From: Eubacteriales bacterium
GTDB taxonomy: Bacteria > Bacillota > Clostridia > Oscillospirales > CAG-272
DNA length: 63,003 nucleotides
Assembly (NCBI GenBank): GCA_045631745.1
Contig: JAZQVI010000040.1
Span: 1 to 63,003, forward strand
Reading direction: 5' to 3'
Part shown: piece by piece, positions 61,161 to 63,003 of the stretch
Layout: the number at the start of each line of letters is the position of its first letter
How positions within the stretch are numbered: the first letter of the stretch is position 1
Translations under genes and position numbers: made by a program
Notes under the pieces: model-generated
What the model saw: the letters and a program-made list of their open reading frames with translations, nothing else
Databases searched by the model: none
Told to the model about the DNA's origin: nothing

Positions 61161-61997
61161 TCAATCCAAAAATTCAGGAGAAATCGTTACACCGAAAGAG
61201 GTCGCAAGGCTCTGCAGCTCTCTCATGTTATCATCGGTAATCGTTTGATGTAAAGTTGCACCGCCGGTCATAGATGCGATCTTTACGTAAATCTCTGCAC
61301 TCTTCTCCACCGTATGCGCCAAACCAAACGTCTCATCAAAATCGCTTCCCGAGCAGAAAATTCCATGCTGCGCCCAGATAACGACATTATACTTTTTGAT
61401 CTTTTCTGCCGTTGCAACCGCAATTTCTCTGCCGCCGCAAACCATCCACGGAACAACACCGACGCCCTCTCCAAATACGATGGGACACTCGGTCATGTTT
61501 CTCCAAAGTGCACGGGTAAACGCCTTATCCGTCAGGGGAAGAACACTGCTCAGTGCAATAACATTAACAGGATGGCAGTGGTAGATCACACGGCTCTTTC
61601 CGCCGGACGCAATCTTCTTCACCTCATGATTCATCAGATGCGTAGGAAGCTCACTGGTAGGTCTTCCGCCACCTACAAGTCCCCAAACAATGCGGTAATT
61701 CTTACCTTCACCATCGATCTCAATGATGCAGCAGTTATCCGAGGGGTTTGCAAGGACGTTGGAAAAATACTTTCCGGATCCTGTCACCATGAAAAATTCA
61801 TTTGCAAGCGCGGGAACCTCCGTTCCGATCGGGGCAAATTCACGTGTAAACGTAAGATCCTCACGAACCGATTCGATTTCCTCGGCAGGAATACGGTAAG
61901 AAAGATTTCCGCCGTTTCTCTCGTGATAGCGCAACTGCCATCCATCATCTGCAAATTTCACAAAACCTTTTGCGAATGCACTCTCCAGCACCTTCAT
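61161..61997 (-). CDS. class II aldolase, rhamnulose-1-phosphate aldolase-like (second copy in window)
   Basis: 278 aa. ..HERNGGNLSYR.., ..FMVTGSGKYF.., ..PTSELPTHLM.., ..YHCHP.N.IAL.., ..WAQHGIFCSG.. is colinear with E. coli RhaD. Confidence 0.85.
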   Translation of the reverse strand: MKVLESAFAKGFVKFADDGWQLRYHERNGGNLSYRIPAEEIESVREDLTFTREFAPIGTEVPALANEFFMVTGSGKYFSNVLANPSDNCCIIEIDGEGKNYRIVWGLVGGGRPTSELPTHLMNHEVKKIASGGKSRVIYHCHPVNVIALSSVLPLTDKAFTRALWRNMTECPIVFGEGVGVVPWMVCGGREIAVATAEKIKKYNVVIWAQHGIFCSGSDFDETFGLAHTVEKSAEIYVKIASMTGGATLHQTITDDNMRELQSLATSFGVTISPEFLD

Positions 61998-62018
61998 TTG
62001 TAGTTCTCCTGTAAAAAG

Positions 62019-62759
62019 TTATTTTGTATTCGTTTTGTTATCATTGTTACCGTCCCGTCTGAGCACCACCCAAACGGTCCGAAGCAAAATTTTCAGATCA
62101 AATCCAAGACTTGCATGTTTGACGTAATAAGCATCCATAATTGCTTTGTTCTTATAATACACATCGTCCCTGCCGCGAATCTGCGCATAGCCGGAGATTC
62201 CCGGACGCACCGCAAACACGCCAAGCCGCGCTCTCATATCGTTGCACTTTTCTTCCGTCAACACCAACGGGCGGTAGCCTACAAAGGACATCGTTCCGAT
62301 CAACACACACCACAGTTGGGGTAATTCGTCCAGCGAAAGGCGGCGAAGCACGCGTCCGATCTTCGTGTGATATTGCTCGGGATTTTCCAGTCTTGACGTA
62401 GCACAATCGCTTGGAGCATCGGTTCTCATGGAGCGAAACTTGTAGCAACGAAAGACTTTTCCGTCCTTGCCCACGCGGTTCTGTATAAAGATCGCGGGAC
62501 CTTCGGAATCCAATTTGACCGCGATCGCAAGAAGCAACATCGTCGGACAAAGCAGAATCAAAAGGATCAGCGACACCACAATGTCAAATAATCTTTTAAA
62601 AAAACAGTAAAAATAACATTTTTCTTGATTGGGCTTATATTCAACGATGAATCTCTCGTAGAAGGACTCCGGATATTCCATCAACGGGTCGGCAATCCCA
62701 TCTACCCCCTCAGAAGACGTTCCAAACCCAACATCATGTGTTTTTCGGGATAGTTGCAT
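62019..62759 (-). CDS. sugar phosphotransferase (bacterial sugar transferase family, polyprenyl-phosphate hexose-1-phosphate transferase)
   Basis: 246 aa. FKRLFDIVVSLILLILL.P..L..A..VKLDS.GP..F.Q.RVG..GK.F...KFRSM, ..DELPQL..VL.G.MS.VG.RP. Confidence 0.88.
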   Translation of the reverse strand: MQLSRKTHDVGFGTSSEGVDGIADPLMEYPESFYERFIVEYKPNQEKCYFYCFFKRLFDIVVSLILLILLCPTMLLLAIAVKLDSEGPAIFIQNRVGKDGKVFRCYKFRSMRTDAPSDCATSRLENPEQYHTKIGRVLRRLSLDELPQLWCVLIGTMSFVGYRPLVLTEEKCNDMRARLGVFAVRPGISGYAQIRGRDDVYYKNKAIMDAYYVKHASLGFDLKILLRTVWVVLRRDGNNDNKTNTK

Positions 62760-63003
62760 ATGATCTCCTGCTCTGTCTTCCGCCTGCTGTTTCCAAGATG
62801 AAGCACAATGTACAAGACATCATATATTATTTCTCATTATATCACTTCTAATCAAAAAAGTCAACACGATTTCCTTTTTTTCAATGGTTGAATTCGTTTT
62901 TTGGAATCGAAATCACTCGTATTTTGCTGATTTAACAGAGACTTGCAGTCCGAAAGCAAAAAGGAAAGCGCACGCCCCTTCCACAAAAAAGGGGGGGCCC
63001 AGG

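Noticed and set aside
62985-63003. G-run/C-run (aaaaaagggggggccc) at the right edge, considered as a terminator or homopolymer phase-variation tract
   Set aside because: It is truncated by the window edge, and only a weak CCCCTT/AAGGGG pairing is possible. The context is insufficient to call anything.

Overview
This 63-kb chromosomal segment looks like an anaerobic, endospore-forming Firmicute (Clostridia-like, about 50% GC by eye). It is almost entirely coding, mostly on the minus strand. I found no CRISPR array, transposase, integrase or phage genes. All calls come from reading the translated ORFs, motifs and DNA by eye; no searches were run.

Content in order:
- rhaA plus the 5' end of rhaD, purC, and a GH2 beta-galactosidase.
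- A ~1018-aa internally duplicated GLUG-type surface protein with a non-LPXTG C-terminal anchor.
- Two diverged, co-oriented copies of a two-gene lipoprotein cassette (large DUF4091/GH123-like lipoprotein plus small CBM-like lipoprotein). Each copy has its own promoter and the same terminator, and together they flank a 5-kb core block containing spoIIID.
- An ABC-F ATPase with one degenerate ATP site, then spoVB, dpaAB, comEC and an orphan acpP.
- A co-directional string of Re-citrate-synthase-like, GntR, aconitase, IDH and proBAC genes.
- yfcE, an AraC regulator, a BspA-type LRR lipoprotein, a nitroreductase and a small Cys-rich protein.
- tRNA-Val(CAC) followed by two degenerate, expanded tRNA-like units, each with a private terminator hairpin.
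- An XRE/TPR regulator, a DivIVA-like protein and the HydABC [FeFe]-hydrogenase.
- An orphan MsmK-type ATPase, Tex, RsuA, and a membrane protein coupled to a second LRR protein.
- A lysine-riboswitch-controlled dapA-dapB-dapF-dapL-lysA operon.
- HisJ-type phosphatase, PlsC, a lipid kinase, a second RhaD-like aldolase and a sugar phosphotransferase.

The best candidates for something undescribed are the duplicated lipoprotein cassette together with the neighbouring surface protein, the tRNA-derived repeat array, and the asymmetric ABC-F.
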